Shown here piece by piece: positions 23,417 to 36,002 of a DNA stretch of 64,000 nucleotides (the stretch's first letter is position 1; each line of letters starts with the position of its first letter). This DNA comes from Mobula hypostoma (taxonomy: Eukaryota), in NCBI RefSeq assembly GCF_963921235.1, contig NC_086116.1, positions 60,636,001 through 60,700,000 of the forward strand. The letters are read 5' to 3'. Made by a program: the position numbers and the translations under genes. Below the pieces are notes generated by a model, which saw only the letters and a list, made by a program, of their open reading frames with translations, made no database searches and was not told the DNA's origin.

Positions 23417-23590
23417 TTCATTTATTTATTGATTGTTTTATTGCGTAGACGAGACTCCCGGTCCTTTGAGCCACGCCACCCAAAATCCCCTGATTTAATC
23501 CTGGCCTAATGACAGAACAATTTACAATGACCAATTAACCTACCAACTGATATGTCTTTGGACTGTGGGAGGAGGTCTATGCAGTCACGG
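23417..23590 (-). mobile_element. V-SINE 3' half
   Basis: tttacaatgaccaattaacctacc..tctttggactgtgggagga. Confidence 0.7.
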
Positions 23591-23941
23591 GGATTGATTA
23601 CCTTGTCTCCATTTTTGGTGCTTGGTTGTCTGGGTGATGTTGCCCATCATTTGGCGTTGTTTCTCCGGGCAACTTCTATCCTACTGCGATCACAGATGGT
23701 TGGCTTTCTTGGACTATGTCATAGACTACCTGTACTCCCAAACTTTTAGCTGTGCAGGCTGCTTATGGAAATGTTGTTACCTCTCTCATCTTCCTCATGT
23801 TCTTTCCCTCTACCTCCCCAACTTTGCACTTAATTGCCTTGTCAGTTACCTTTTTTTCCAGAGTCCTATATGTTCTCTCAAACCTGTTATTTTATTTCAG
23901 TGATCTTGATATCTTTGTCAAAGTTCCATGTTCAGCTTTAG

Positions 23942-23944
<3 letters not shown>

Positions 23945-23975
<31 letters not shown>
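23945..23975. repeat. (TG)n microsatellite
   Basis: Seen directly. Confidence 0.95.
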
Positions 23976-23978
<3 letters not shown>

Positions 23979-24549
23979 CCTCCTCCCTGATGTTTAGTAA
24001 GGAGCATGTCCTGGGTGATGGGGGTCCTAACTTTTACATGCTGCTTTTAAGAAGCAATGCCTTTTGAAGATGTCCTCAGTGCTGACGAGGCTAATGCCCA
24101 TGATGGAGCAGACTGAGTTGACAACTCTCTTCATCTCCTTCTAATCCTTTGCAGTATACTCCATCTGCCAAATTCTTACACATCGAGTGAACCCATTGAT
24201 ATCTCCTTTCAAGCTCTTTTTTATCCTTGTCATAACTTTGTATCATTAGCAAATTTGGCTATAATATGCTTCACCCAAGTCAATAATATAGATTATGAAT
24301 GGTTGGAATTCCCACACTGATACATGTAGAAGCCTGCTAGTTACTGATTGCCAGGCTGAATTGACCCAATAATCCTCTGTCCATTACTGCACAATATATT
24401 GCTCCCAACCGCATATGTTCTAATCTTGTGCAGTAGTTCTTTTATATGGGTACCTTATTGAATATTCTGAAATCCTACATATCCTCTATCTATTGGTTAC
24501 TCCTTATTCATCCTGTTTATTTACATGCTCAAAGAATTCCAGTAAATTT

Positions 24550-24840
24550 GGAGAACCATGGTAGTATAGTGGTAAGCACAACGCTATCACAGCTTGGCGT
24601 GTCAGTTCAAAGTTCAATTCTGGCGCTGTCTGTAAGAAATTTGTATGCTCTCCCCGTGATCGTGTCGGTTTCCTCTGGGTGCTCTGGTTTCCCCCCACAG
24701 TCCAAAGACGTACCAGTTGGTAGTTTAATTGGTCATTGTAAATTGTCCTGTGATTGGGCTAGGGTTAAGTAAGTAGGTTGTTGGGTGGTTCAGCTCGTTG
24801 GGCTGGAAGGGCCTGTTCCACACCGAATAAAATAATAAAA
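24550..24840 (+). mobile_element. V-SINE, near full length, CR1-type tail
   Basis: tRNA-like head, V-domain tttcctctgggtgctctggtttccccccacagtccaaagacg, tail gggctggaagggcctgttcc and A-rich end. Confidence 0.8.
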
Positions 24841-25069
24841 ATGTCAAATATGATTTTTTTTGTTTCATAAAACCTTGTTGACTCTGCCTCATTCCCTGAT
24901 GATTTCATATAAACTTAAAAGCACTTGCTACCTCTGTTACTACTCTCTTCAGAGGAATTCTTCTCCTTGTTCCTTTACAAAATTTATCATTTCATGTTAA
25001 ATATCCTTTGTGCAGATCAGGACTGGGATATTGTTCTTGCTTGGAGTAGATATAACATAGATGCAGGAA

Positions 25070-25745
25070 TCGGAATCAGGTTCAACATCACTGGCATACG
25101 TCATGAAATGTGTTTACTAGCAGGAGTACATTACAACACATAACTAAATTACAGTAAGAAAGATTTTATATATGTGTATATACAAGTTAAATTAAATAAG
25201 TACAGAGGAAGGAAAATAGGTAGTGTTCATGGGTTCAATGTCCATTCAGAAATCGGATGGCAGAGGGGGAGATGCTATTCCTGAATCATTGAGTGTGCGC
25301 CTTCAGGCTCTTTCACCTCCTCCCTGATGAGGGAGAAGAGGGCATGCCTTGGGTGTTGGGGGTCCTTCACGATGGATGCCACCTTTTTGAGACATTGCTG
25401 CTTAAAGATGTCCTGGATTCTGGTAAGGCAAGTGCTCCTGATGGTGTTGATCGAGTTTGCCAGCTTTCTGCTGATTATTTCGATTCTTGTGCACCCCCAC
25501 ATACCAGATGGTGATGAAGTCAGTTACAATGCTTTTCATGGTACTTTGTAGAAATCTGTGAGCATCTTCGGTGACATACCAAATCTCCTCTAACTCCTAA
25601 TGAAATATAGTTGCTTTCGTGCCCCTTTTATAACTCGATTGATATTTTGGGCCCAGGGTAGATCGTCAGAGATGTTGACACCCAGGAACTTGGAAAGTGT
25701 GAGCAATTTCACTGTTGATCCCTCAGTGAGGACTGGTGTGTGGAC
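25070..25745 (-). mobile_element. Rex1/Babar-type LINE 3' fragment
   Basis: Minus ORFs SKFLGVNISDDLPWAQNI..ARKQLYFIR and CLKKVASIVKDPQHPRHALFSL. Confidence 0.75.
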
Positions 25746-25798
25746 ACGGGATCTTAGATCTGTAACTGTTGGGTCTGGGTTCACAGGGAATCAATGTA

Positions 25799-26555
25799 AA
25801 CACACACACACAAAATGCTGGAGTAACTCAACACATCAGGCAGCATCTACGGAGAAAAATGAGCAGATGACATTTTGGGCCGAGATCTGTCCTGATTCGG
25901 ATTTATTGATTACATGTACATGAAATATACAGGGAAATGCCTTGTTTAAGTTACAACCAATAAAACCTAGGGATATGCTGCAGTCGGGCTGCAAGTGAAA
26001 TCACACGTCCCGGCGTCATCAAGCATGCTCACACTGCTCGGCGGAAGAACACAGAACACAACAAGCAACAAAACTACAGCAAAACAAGCCCCTTTCCTCC
26101 CTCGCACCCACCCATCCATACACATGGACAGCCCTCCAACTCCGCGACAGGACTCCAGCCTCCAGTCTCTGGGCTTCGGCCGTTGGGCACCAACTTCCAG
26201 ACATCTGATCGACCTCTGGGCTCTGATCTTTGATATTGAGCCCCGGCCAAGCTGACAATGGGACCCAAACTCTAGGCTTGAACTTCGGGTGCACCGATTG
26301 ACCAACACTTGTGTCTCCTGCTTGCACAGACATCCAGTCCTGTGGCACACCAACCGGACTTCGTCACCCATCATCCAGTGATGAGTGGAGGCCTGGACTG
26401 TGGATGTTCTTCATCTCGTCGTAATGAATGGTCTCAGCCTGAAATGGTGATTGTTAATTTTCCTCTATAGATGCTGCCTGACCTGCTGGGTTCCTCCAGA
26501 ATTTTGTGTCTGTTGAGCCAGAATTTTCAGCATCTGCTGTCTCTCTTGCATCATC
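25799..26555. mobile_element. PLE terminal-repeat inverted pair with another element (about 25895-26415, minus strand) inserted at its centre
   Basis: Minus arm 25800-25885 and plus arm 26423-26550. Imperfect TSD gaatcaatgta (25788-25798) / ggatcagtgta (26556-26566). Confidence 0.65.
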
Positions 26556-27059
26556 GGATCAGTGTACCAACCAATCTTGCCTCAGCCAGTTATTTTTAGT
26601 GTGCTTGGGAAGATTGAGTTTGCATTGTCCACCCTTTCATTTCTCTCTTGATTTGCCAGGGAACTAGTGATTACTCTTGGATTGAAAAGACAGCTGTTTG
26701 CCCCCTCTTTGATTTCATTAGTGATTTACTCACCACACCTTTTTATCAACACACTATTTTTCCTTCTTGGGACATTCCCCACATTTAAAAGTGATTTATA
26801 AATGTAATTTATTTTTGCAATTTGTTTGATGAGCAGTAGTTGCTGGCCCTGTAGTGCCCTTCACCAGTTTCAGTGCTGACCCCATGCACTTTCACAGCAG
26901 TCTGAAGAGTGTCCGTGCAATCTTAAATAAAACTCACCGTGGAAGCAGGTGTTGGGTAGTGCATTTCACCTGGGTGATGAGGCACACCTAATTTGATAAG
27001 TGCACTGGGGTCTGTTAAGGTCTACAGTGAACCCAGTTTCCCTGTTGAGAGAAAAAACT

Positions 27060-27356
27060 ATTTATTTAGAGAGACAATGTAGGACAAGGCCAATCTGGCC
27101 CGTCGAGTCGTGCCGTCCAGCAACCAACCGATTTAACGCTAACGTAATCACTGGACAATTTACAATGACTAATTAACCTACTGATCAGTATGTCTTTGGA
27201 CTGTGGGAGGAAACCAGAGCACATGGAGGAAACCCACATGATTCACAGGGAGTATGTACAAACTCCTTTCAGATGGCGCCAAATTTGAACTCCAAGCTTC
27301 AGAACACCCCAAACTGTAATAGCGTCACACTAACTGCTGTGATACTGTGGTGCCCC
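27060..27356 (-). mobile_element. V-SINE, near full length
   Basis: Reverse complement of the 24550-24840 family. Confidence 0.8.
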
Positions 27357-27523
27357 ACTTCTCTATAATGAGGAGCAAAGCTTAGTTCTGTTCTACCTCG
27401 ATGCCTTGTATTAACGGTCGCGAGGTCATGAGGACTTTCAGTGGGGTTGCTGGATGGATCACTTTGTAGTAGTTGCAAATTTCAATGTCATCAATCAGTG
27501 CTCAATCCTGCATCAATACAGGA

Positions 27524-28074
27524 TTTATTAGGTACAATGTACAACTGCTCATTAATGCAAATATCTAATCAGCCAATCATGTGGCAGCAACTCAATGCAT
27601 AAAAACATGCAGACATGGTCGAGGTTCATTTGTCATTCAGACCAAACATCAGAATGAGGAAAAAGTGCAATCTAAGTGACTTTGACTGTGGAATGATCGT
27701 TGCTGCTAGACAGAGTGGGTTGAGTATCTCAGAAACTGCTGATTTCCTGGGATTTCCATGCACAACAGTCTCCAGAGTTTACAGAGAATGGTGTGGGGAA
27801 AAAAAAAACAAAAAAAATCCAGTGAGTGGCAGTTCTGTGGGCCAATACACCTTGTTAATGAGAGAGGTCAGAAGAGAATGGCCAGACTGGTTCAAGCTGA
27901 CAGGAAGGTGACAGTAACCGTGTGTTACAACAGTGGTGTGCAGAAGAGCATCTCTGAATACACAGCATGTCGAACCTTGAAGTGGATGGGCTACAGCAGC
28001 AGAAGACCATGAACACACACTCAGTCGCCACTTTCTTTGGTACAAGAGGTTCCTAATAAAATGGCCACTGAGTT
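27524..28074 (+). mobile_element. Tc1-derived element with a transposase HTH remnant and a terminal TIR-TIR hairpin
   Basis: MRKKCNLSDFDCGMIVAARQSGLSISETADFLGFPCTTVSRVYREW, then RMARLVQADRK..LKWMGYSSRRP. Right TIR cctaataaaatggccactgag. Confidence 0.85.
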
Positions 28075-28809
28075 TATCTACTCCAGAGAAGGCCAAGTAT
28101 ACCATTACTGATCTGCAGAAAGGATATTTGTGATTAAATGATAAATTTTATAAAGGAAGGTGGAGAATAAACCTTATCAGGAAGGTAATGGTAGAGGTAG
28201 CGAGTGGATTGGTTTAAAAAAATTATTAAAGTCATAAAGCAACTTATGCAAAGTAGTGCTTCTGAGGGGATGGAGCAAAGGGTGGGGGCGGGAGCTTGAC
28301 CCCTAGCAAAGATCAAAGATGGCCTAATCAAAAACCCCTCTGCCCCCTCATTCTGTCTTCTCTCACCCCCCCTCCTTTGGGCAAGTGACATAAAAGCTTG
28401 ACAATGTGTACCACTAGGCTTGAGGGAGACTACAATCCCACAGTCATTAGGCTCTTGTACGATAGAGATGAAGTCTTGATGTCTCTGTCTACCGCACCAT
28501 GGCCCTTGTACCTTATTGCCTATCTGCACTGTGCTTTCTGTGTCACTGTGACACTTTATGCTGCAGTCTGTTATTGTTTATCCCTTTGTAGGACCTCAGT
28601 GTACATGTAAATGGAATGGTCTGTTTGCATGGTGTGCAAGTGAAGCTTTTCACTGTATCTTGGTACATGTGCCAATGACCATGTTAGTTTAAAGGTTTGA
28701 GACTCTATCGTCTTTCCATTTGGGCAGTTGCTAACTGGAAGCTATCGAGGTTCCGTTAACAACGAGCTTGGTACCACTTCAGAAAATGGTGAGCACTTTC
28801 GAACCCATG

Positions 28810-29225
28810 AAATATGAAGAGAGGTTGAGTGAGCTGGGGTTTTCTTCTTGGAGTAAAGGGGGATGAGAGGCAACTTGATAGAGGTGTACAAGATGATAAG
28901 CGGTATTGAGGGAATGGACTGCCAGACATTTTCTTTCCCCAAGTGGAAATGGCTCATACCAGGAGCATAATTTTAAAGTGATTGGAGGAAAGTATAGGGG
29001 GGAATTCAGAGGTAGGTTTTTTACACATAGAATGGTAGGTGCATGGAACAAGCTACCAGCAGTGGTGGTAGAAGCAAATACGTTACTGGAATTTGAGGAA
29101 CTTTTAGGTAGATTCATGGATAATAGAAAAGTAGAGGGAAGAGAGATTGCTCTCAGAGTAGGTTACAAGATCGGCACAATATTCTTGGCCGAAGGGTCTG
29201 TACTGTGCTGTAGTGATCTATGTTT
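28810..29225 (+). mobile_element. CR1 3' fragment
   Basis: FFTHRMVGAWNKLPAVVVEA. Confidence 0.8.
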
Positions 29226-29439
29226 TAAGTGCTTTTTTGAGTGTGGGCTCTGCATAATGTAGGAAATGTGGCAGTCAACTTGTGCACAGAAAATCCCAGG
29301 AAAAGCAAGAATAATGGGCAGATAATTTAGTTGGTGATTTGGATTGGGGGATATGGCGACTCCTCTGAAATAGTGCTGTTTGAAGTTTATTACATTGTGA
29401 TCTGCCAAGGTCCCGATTTAATTCTTCTCTCAAAATATG

Positions 29440-29885
29440 ACACATAAGATCATTAGACACAAGGGCAGAAATAAGCCATTTGGCCCATTGAGTCTACTCC
29501 ACCCTCTATCAAGGCTGATTTATTATCCCCCTCAACCCCGTTCTCCTGCCTTTTCCTTATAACCTTTGATGCCCTAACCAATCAAGAACCTACCAACCTC
29601 TGTTTTAAATATACCTAATGATCTGGCCACCACAGCCAGCTGTGGCAATGAATTCCACTGATTCACCACCCTCTGGCTAAAGAAATTCCTCCTCATCTCC
29701 ATTCTAAATGGACATCCCTCTATTCTGAGGCTGTCCCCTCTGCTCCTAGACACTCCCACTTTAAGAAACATCCTCTACACATCCACTCTATCTAGGTCTT
29801 TCAATATTCAGTAGGTTTCCATGAGATCTCCCCTCATTCTTCTGAACTCTAGCGAGTACAGGCCCTGAGCTATCAATTGCTCAAA
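29440..29885 (-). mobile_element. CR1 3' fragment
   Basis: RRNFFSQRVVNQWNSLPQ and a CR1 3' UTR. Confidence 0.8.
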
Positions 29886-30760
29886 TGATCAAACATCTGA
29901 CAGGACAGGACAGTACTTGATTATTTCATGCTTAAATCCTTGGAGTGGGAATTGAACTCTTTCTGCTCAGTCAAAGAGAGAACAATTCAAGGATAATTAA
30001 TTTCCAACAAACAGTACAAAGTTTAAAATACTGAAAGACACTTTTGCTCTCGTTAGCTGGTCAACAAAAGAATAGGAGAAATTCCTGGAGGAGACTTATG
30101 TTTTCCATTGTGATGTCTCACACACTCTGAAACTGAGAGTAATAGTGTATTGATTAGTAGTGTAAGTTAAAACAGAAGGCTGTTGTACTAAACACACAAG
30201 GTTTTAAATTACAGTATGAGTCAATAATCTATTTATAACCTACTTTGCTTTAGTTTTGGGACTTTTGCCACTCGAGCAATCCAAGACAGCTTTGCTTGTG
30301 CAGCAGTCAGGGAGTGCTGCCAGTTTAGCACCTAATCAAAGATGACACCTATAAATCCCCATCTCAACTCCTCAAGTGATAAATCTTTTGGCTCTACTTT
30401 GCAAAGTTTTTTCTCCAGTGTCCTTGCAAATATCCATCTCAACCAATATAACTTTTTACAAAGTATGACTTCCTGGACAAACATGAAGTGTGATAGGGCT
30501 CCATCAGTTCCGTTGTCTTCCTGAAATGCATTGTGCGATTGTACATTCTATTCTGAGGTTGGGAAACATACAGGCTAATGATACTCGGGCAGGGAAAGTC
30601 ACAACCAGGATAAAGTACTGGTGCAGTTCTGTGCGTAGTTGAAACAATTGTGCCTTCTGGATATCGAGTGGTATTGCATGTAGTATTAACAACAGAGGTA
30701 GCTTGGTATCCGGGGGGGGGGGGGAGGCGGCAAACAAATCATGTCACACCTGCTGAATAG

Positions 30761-31144
30761 TAGTAGTCATACTTTATTGATCCTGGGGGAAATTGGTTTT
30801 TGTTACAGTTGCACCATAAATAATAAATAGTAATAAAACCATAAATAGTTAAATAGTAATATGTAAATTATGCCAGGAAATAAGTCCAGGACCAGCCTAT
30901 TGGTTCAGGGTGTCTGACCCTCCAAGGGAGGAGTTGTAAAGTTTGATGGCCACAGGCAGGAATGACTTCCTATGTCCCACTGTGTTGCATCTCGGTGGAA
31001 TGAGTCTCTGGCTGAATGTACTCCTGTGCCCACCCAGTACATTATGTAGTGGATGGGAGACATTGTCCAAGATGGCATGCAACTTAGACAGCATCCTCTT
31101 TTCAGACACCACCATGAGAGAGTCCAGTTTCATTCCCACAACAT
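30761..31144 (-). mobile_element. Young Rex1/Babar-type 3' fragment, same family as 60666-61478
   Basis: EKRMLSKLHAILDNVSHPLH..RKSFLPVAIKLYN. Nearly identical to the corresponding part of the 60.7 kb copy. Confidence 0.85.
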
Positions 31145-31689
31145 CTGATGAAATAGGATCTTATTGCCCACTGTATCCATGCCAACCATGATGCCTATCC
31201 ACATTTTGCATATCTGTTTATCATATTAATCCCATCTCTATCTATTCCTTTCCTATCCAAGTTCCTACCCAAATTCCTTTTAAGCATTATAATAGTGTTT
31301 TCCATCTCTAACAGCTTGTTCCAAACATTAACCATCCTCATTGTGGAAAAATGTACTCCTGGGATTTCAATTAAATCTCTTCCCCCTCACCCTGAACATA
31401 TGCCACTTTGTTCTCAAGTCCCTTTCCCTGGGAAAAGTATTCCAACTCTCTATCCTATCTCTGGTTGGCAAGGTAGTGCAGGTGAACCACAGCGATGTGT
31501 TGCGAGCTGCTTACAAATCTTCTAAATATAGCTCTTCAGAATTACCCCCACTGCAATCTACAGCCTGTAGTTTCCCATGAAACAATGTAGTTTTCAATCA
31601 TCTTAATGAACTAACAATTTCACAATTTTCTGAAGGATTCGGTGGACTTAACTCTCAGGCATGCAGGTATAGCACCTTTAAGTGGATGA

Positions 31690-33420
31690 AGATACATCAC
31701 CTTGACCTAAAGAGAGGGAGGAGGGGCAGACTCTAAATTGACTGAGACACAGAGGAATGAAACTCCTTTTACACAGTGTCTTGTTAGCAAATCTACAGTC
31801 GCTGGAGAACAAGATTGAGGATCTAAGGGCAAGGTTGTTGCATCAAAGGAAAAAGAGAAATTGTTGTGTTTTGTGTTTCACGGAGACATGGCTCACTCCA
31901 GACATACTGGATGCATTGGTAAGACAAGAAGTGTTCTTGATACACAGGATGGACTGAACTGCTGATTTGGATAAGGCGGTGAAAAGATGGGGGTGCACAG
32001 TATGTTTCATGATAAACCCTGTGTGCTCGAACATGGTGGTGACCATTGTACTTAACAAGAGAGTGTTCTGTGATCCTGACTGCAATTTACATACCACCAA
32101 TAGCTAACACTAATGAGACACTTGAGATATTGAATGCTGCCATCACCAAGCAAGAAACAGTCTAGCCCTACGCACTTCGAATCATAGTCGGAGACTTTAA
32201 TCAGGTTTATTTAAAGAAATCTCTGCTCAATTATCATCAGCATATAAACTGCAGCACCAGGGGTCCCAACACACTTGACCACTGCTATACTATGATAAGG
32301 AATGCCTACCATTCCATGCTCAGACTGCATTTCAGGAGATCTGATCACTTGGCTGCCCTTGTCCTACCTGCATACAGGCAGAGGCTAAAGAGCAAAGCTC
32401 CAGAGATTAGGACAACAAAGAGGTGGTCATGGGAGGCAGAGGAGTGGCTATGGATTGCTTCGAGTTGGTAGACTGGGCCACGTTCAAGGACTCCTCTATA
32501 GATCTGAAGAAAGACACCATAGTTGTAACACTTATAAAACAGTTGTAGACGAGTGTGTCCCCACAAAAGCATTCAGAGTCTTCCCCACTCAGAAGCCTTG
32601 GATGAACCATGAGATCTGCAATCTGCTGAGAGCCAGATGAGTGGCATTCTGGTCTGGCAACCAAGTAAGATTCAAGAGGTCCAGGTATGGTCCCAGAAAG
32701 CCATCTCATGGGCGAAGTGGCAATTCTGGACCAAATCTGAATCACTGGAGGATGCTTGACTGTTGTGGCAGGGCTTGAATGCTATGACTTCTTGCAAAGT
32801 GAAACCAAATGACATGGGTAACAACAAGGCATCACTCTCAGATATGCTCAATACCTTCTATACTCACTTTGACCGTCAAAACATGAAGGAGCTTTCACGG
32901 ACTTCCACAGCTGCCAATGACATTGTGATTTCAGTCTGATGTGAGAGTATCCTTCAGGAGGGTGAAGATACGGACAGCTTCTGGCCCAGATGGAGTACCC
33001 GGCCGAGTACTAAAATCCTGTGTCGATCAGCTGGCTGGTGTGTTCACTGATATCTTTAACTTCTCACTTCAGCAGTTTGAGTTATTACCCCTCAACCATC
33101 TGGCTCTTGAACTAACAGGGATAACTTCATTCAACTTCACTTGCCCCACCACTGAACTGTTCCGGTACCCACAGACATACTTTCAAGGACTCTCCATCTC
33201 ATGTTCTTGATATTTATTGCTTATTTATCTATTATTAGTTTTACTTTGGTATTTGCACAGCGTGTTGCCTTTTGTGCAGTGGTTGGTTGTCTGTCCTGTT
33301 GGGTGCAGTCTTTCATTGATTCTATTGTGTTTCTTGAGTATGCCTGTAAGAAAACGAATCTCAGGGTTGTATATAGTGACATATATGCAATTTGATAATA
33401 AATTTACTTTGAAATTTCAA
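31690..33420 (+). mobile_element. Internally deleted Rex1/Babar-type LINE (endonuclease and linker joined to the 3' UTR)
   Basis: LLANLQSLENKIEDLRAR..LCFTETWL, GDFN, QKPWMN and SGPDGVPGRVLKSCVDQLAGVFTDIFN, then an abrupt switch at about 33080 to the 3' UTR also seen at 35069-35385 and 56515-56850. Confidence 0.8.
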
Positions 33421-33994
33421 TTCTGCACCTCTTAATTTTGTAAACCTCTAAGGTCACTCTTGAGCCCTTTACTCTGAAACTATCCATTATCTCCTTGATA
33501 ACTTCACCCCTCCATTTAATGCAACTTCATGGAGAGTCTCATCTACTTTCTCTCCACTGGTGCCTCATCCTTCCTGTAGTGTGCCATCCAGGAAGGTGCA
33601 CTGTACTCCAAGTGTAGTTTAATGAATGTTGCAGTTGTATGCAACATGATCTTCTGAGTCTTCTGCAAAATGCCCTGTCCTAGTAAGCATAACAAATAGC
33701 TTTTCGACGACGCTATCCACCTATGTCTACCAGGGAATTGTGGATTAGTATACTCTGAAGTCAGTCTGTAGGTGAGGTTCTGGTATTTACTCTTTATGTA
33801 CTAAGAGAAGTTGCCCTTCCAAATGTGCTACCTCAAACAAAGAAGAACATTTCCCTGTAACGCACACAGAATGCTGGAGGAACTCAGCAGGCCAGCAGCG
33901 TTTCTGCCCGATTTACTTAGTGCTTGTTTCCCTTGGCATTCAGGGAAAGATCCTGTATGACCCTAAAGATTTTCCATCCTAATACGTACCAGTA

Positions 33995-34546
33995 CATTCA
34001 GCGGCCACCTGTACCTCCTGTACGTAATAAAGTGGCCACTGAGTGTATGTTCATGGTCTTCTGCTGCTGTAGCCCATCCACTTCAGGGTTCGACGTGTTG
34101 TGCATTCAGAGATGGTCTTCTGCACACCACTGCTGCAAGGTTAGTTGGGTTACTGTTGCCTTCCTGTCAGTTTGAAACAGTCTGGCCATACTGCTCTGAC
34201 CACTCTCATTAACAAGACGTTTTTGCCTGGAGAACCAACTGCTGCTGACTGGATGTTTTCTCATTTTTGTACTCTTCTCTGTAAACTCTAGAGACTGTTG
34301 TATGTGAAAATCCCAGGGGATCAACAGTTTCTGAGATACTCAAACCACCTTGTCTGGCACCAACAATCATTCCACAGTCAAAGTCACTTAGATCATATTT
34401 TTTCCTCGTTCTCTTGATTGTTCTGAATAACAATTGAACCTCTTGACCGTGTCTTCATGCTTTTATGCATTGAGTTGCTGCCACGTGATTGGCTGATTAG
34501 ATGTTTGTATTAACATACAGGTGTACCAAATAAAATGGCCACTGCG
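33995..34546 (-). mobile_element. Tc1-derived element, same three-TIR subfamily as 27524-28074
   Basis: TA at 33993-33994, inner TIR ending at 34045 followed by TA, DLSDFDCGMIVGARQGGLSISET remnant, outer TIR taaaatggccactg. Confidence 0.85.
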
Positions 34547-35819
34547 TATGTTTCTAATACTTCCTCTACCCTGACTATGACTTTCCTCAGAATATCAGCT
34601 ACTTAACTCTCCAATCTTCGCGTCCTTGTCCCTGAGGAATAATGGTGAGAAGTATTTAAGATATTGGTCATACCACCGGGCTCTGTTAAGTATCCCCCTT
34701 GTGGACCTATTCCTTCCTTAGCTACCCTGCTCCTTCTAATACACATGAAAGGTTTACCTATTCTCCTTTCTCCTACTTGCCAAAGTCATTTCATGACCAC
34801 TTTTTGTCTGCAACATGCCATAATTGTTTATTATGAACTAAAAGAACTGAAATTGTCTAAAAAACATGGTGTATTCTACTACCAGTTTTTACAGGTTATG
34901 AGCCCCAAGTTTGCATTGAAACCCAGTGTTGTGGGCATACATATCCAGGGTACAAATTTGCTTTTTTTTTTGCTGCAGCAACACTGTACATTACAGACAT
35001 AAATTACATCATAAATTAGCATAAGTTAGCCATAATTTATTGACAATATAAACAAAATAGATTTCGAATAGTTACTACCCCTCAACCATCAGGCTCTTGA
35101 ATAAAAGGTGATAACTACACTCAATTGCTCCATCATTGAAATGTTCCTAAAACCAATGATCTCACTTTAATTATCTTGTGTTCTCATTATTTATTGCCAT
35201 TTATTTATATTTGCATTTGCATTGTTTGTTGTCTTCTGCACTCTGATTGATCTTTCATTGATCCTGTTATAGTCACTATTCTATAGATTTGCTGAGTACG
35301 CCCACAGGAAACTGAATGTCGGAGTTGTATGTGATGACACATATATACTTTGTTAATAACATTTACTGTGCACTTTGAACTTTGAATATTAGTGCAGCTT
35401 AAGGGAAGTCGAGTTCAAGGTAGAACTAAAATATTCAAGTCTGCTCAAGGACCTGATGGCAGTGAGGAAGAAGCTGTTATTGAACCCTGAAGCATGGATC
35501 TTCGGGCTTCCCTACCTTTTGCCTGATGGCAACAAGAAGAGGGAGCGGCTTGAATGGGGGGTGTTCCTAATGATGGCTGCTTTCCTGGCATACTGCCTCT
35601 TGTAGATCAACCTGACCAAAGGTAAATGCAAGTCTAATCCTGATTATTTCAGAGTAAGTTCATAGACACGTGGGTGATAGAAGAATGAAGGGCTACATAG
35701 GAGGGAAGGGTTATATTAAAAGGTTAAATTTTGGCACAACATTGTGGACTGAAGGCCTATACTGTGCTGTTATGCCCTATGTAAGTTTTAACCATTGACA
35801 CTCTTTATCTTCCTCACAG

Positions 35820-36002
35820 CCTGTCCCAATAGATGACAATTTTTGCGGCTTGGACATTAATGCTCCATTAGGCGGCTCCACCCTCTTGCAGGGTATTCCC
35901 CTCTTCTCCGAGGACCGGGACAGGATGAGCTCAGTGATCTCATATGTTTACAACAACCACTCACTGGTGTTTGTGGGCACGAAAAGTGGCAAGCTGAAAA
36001 AG
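35820..36002 (+). CDS. plxna4: Plexin A4, second coding exon (183 nt, sema domain)
   Basis: Pyrimidine tract and acceptor ctctttatcttcctcacag|C at 35819/35820. Translates as [61 protein letters not shown]. Donor AAG|GTAGGA at 36002/36003. Phase 0 at both ends, in frame with the previous exon. Confidence 0.93.
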
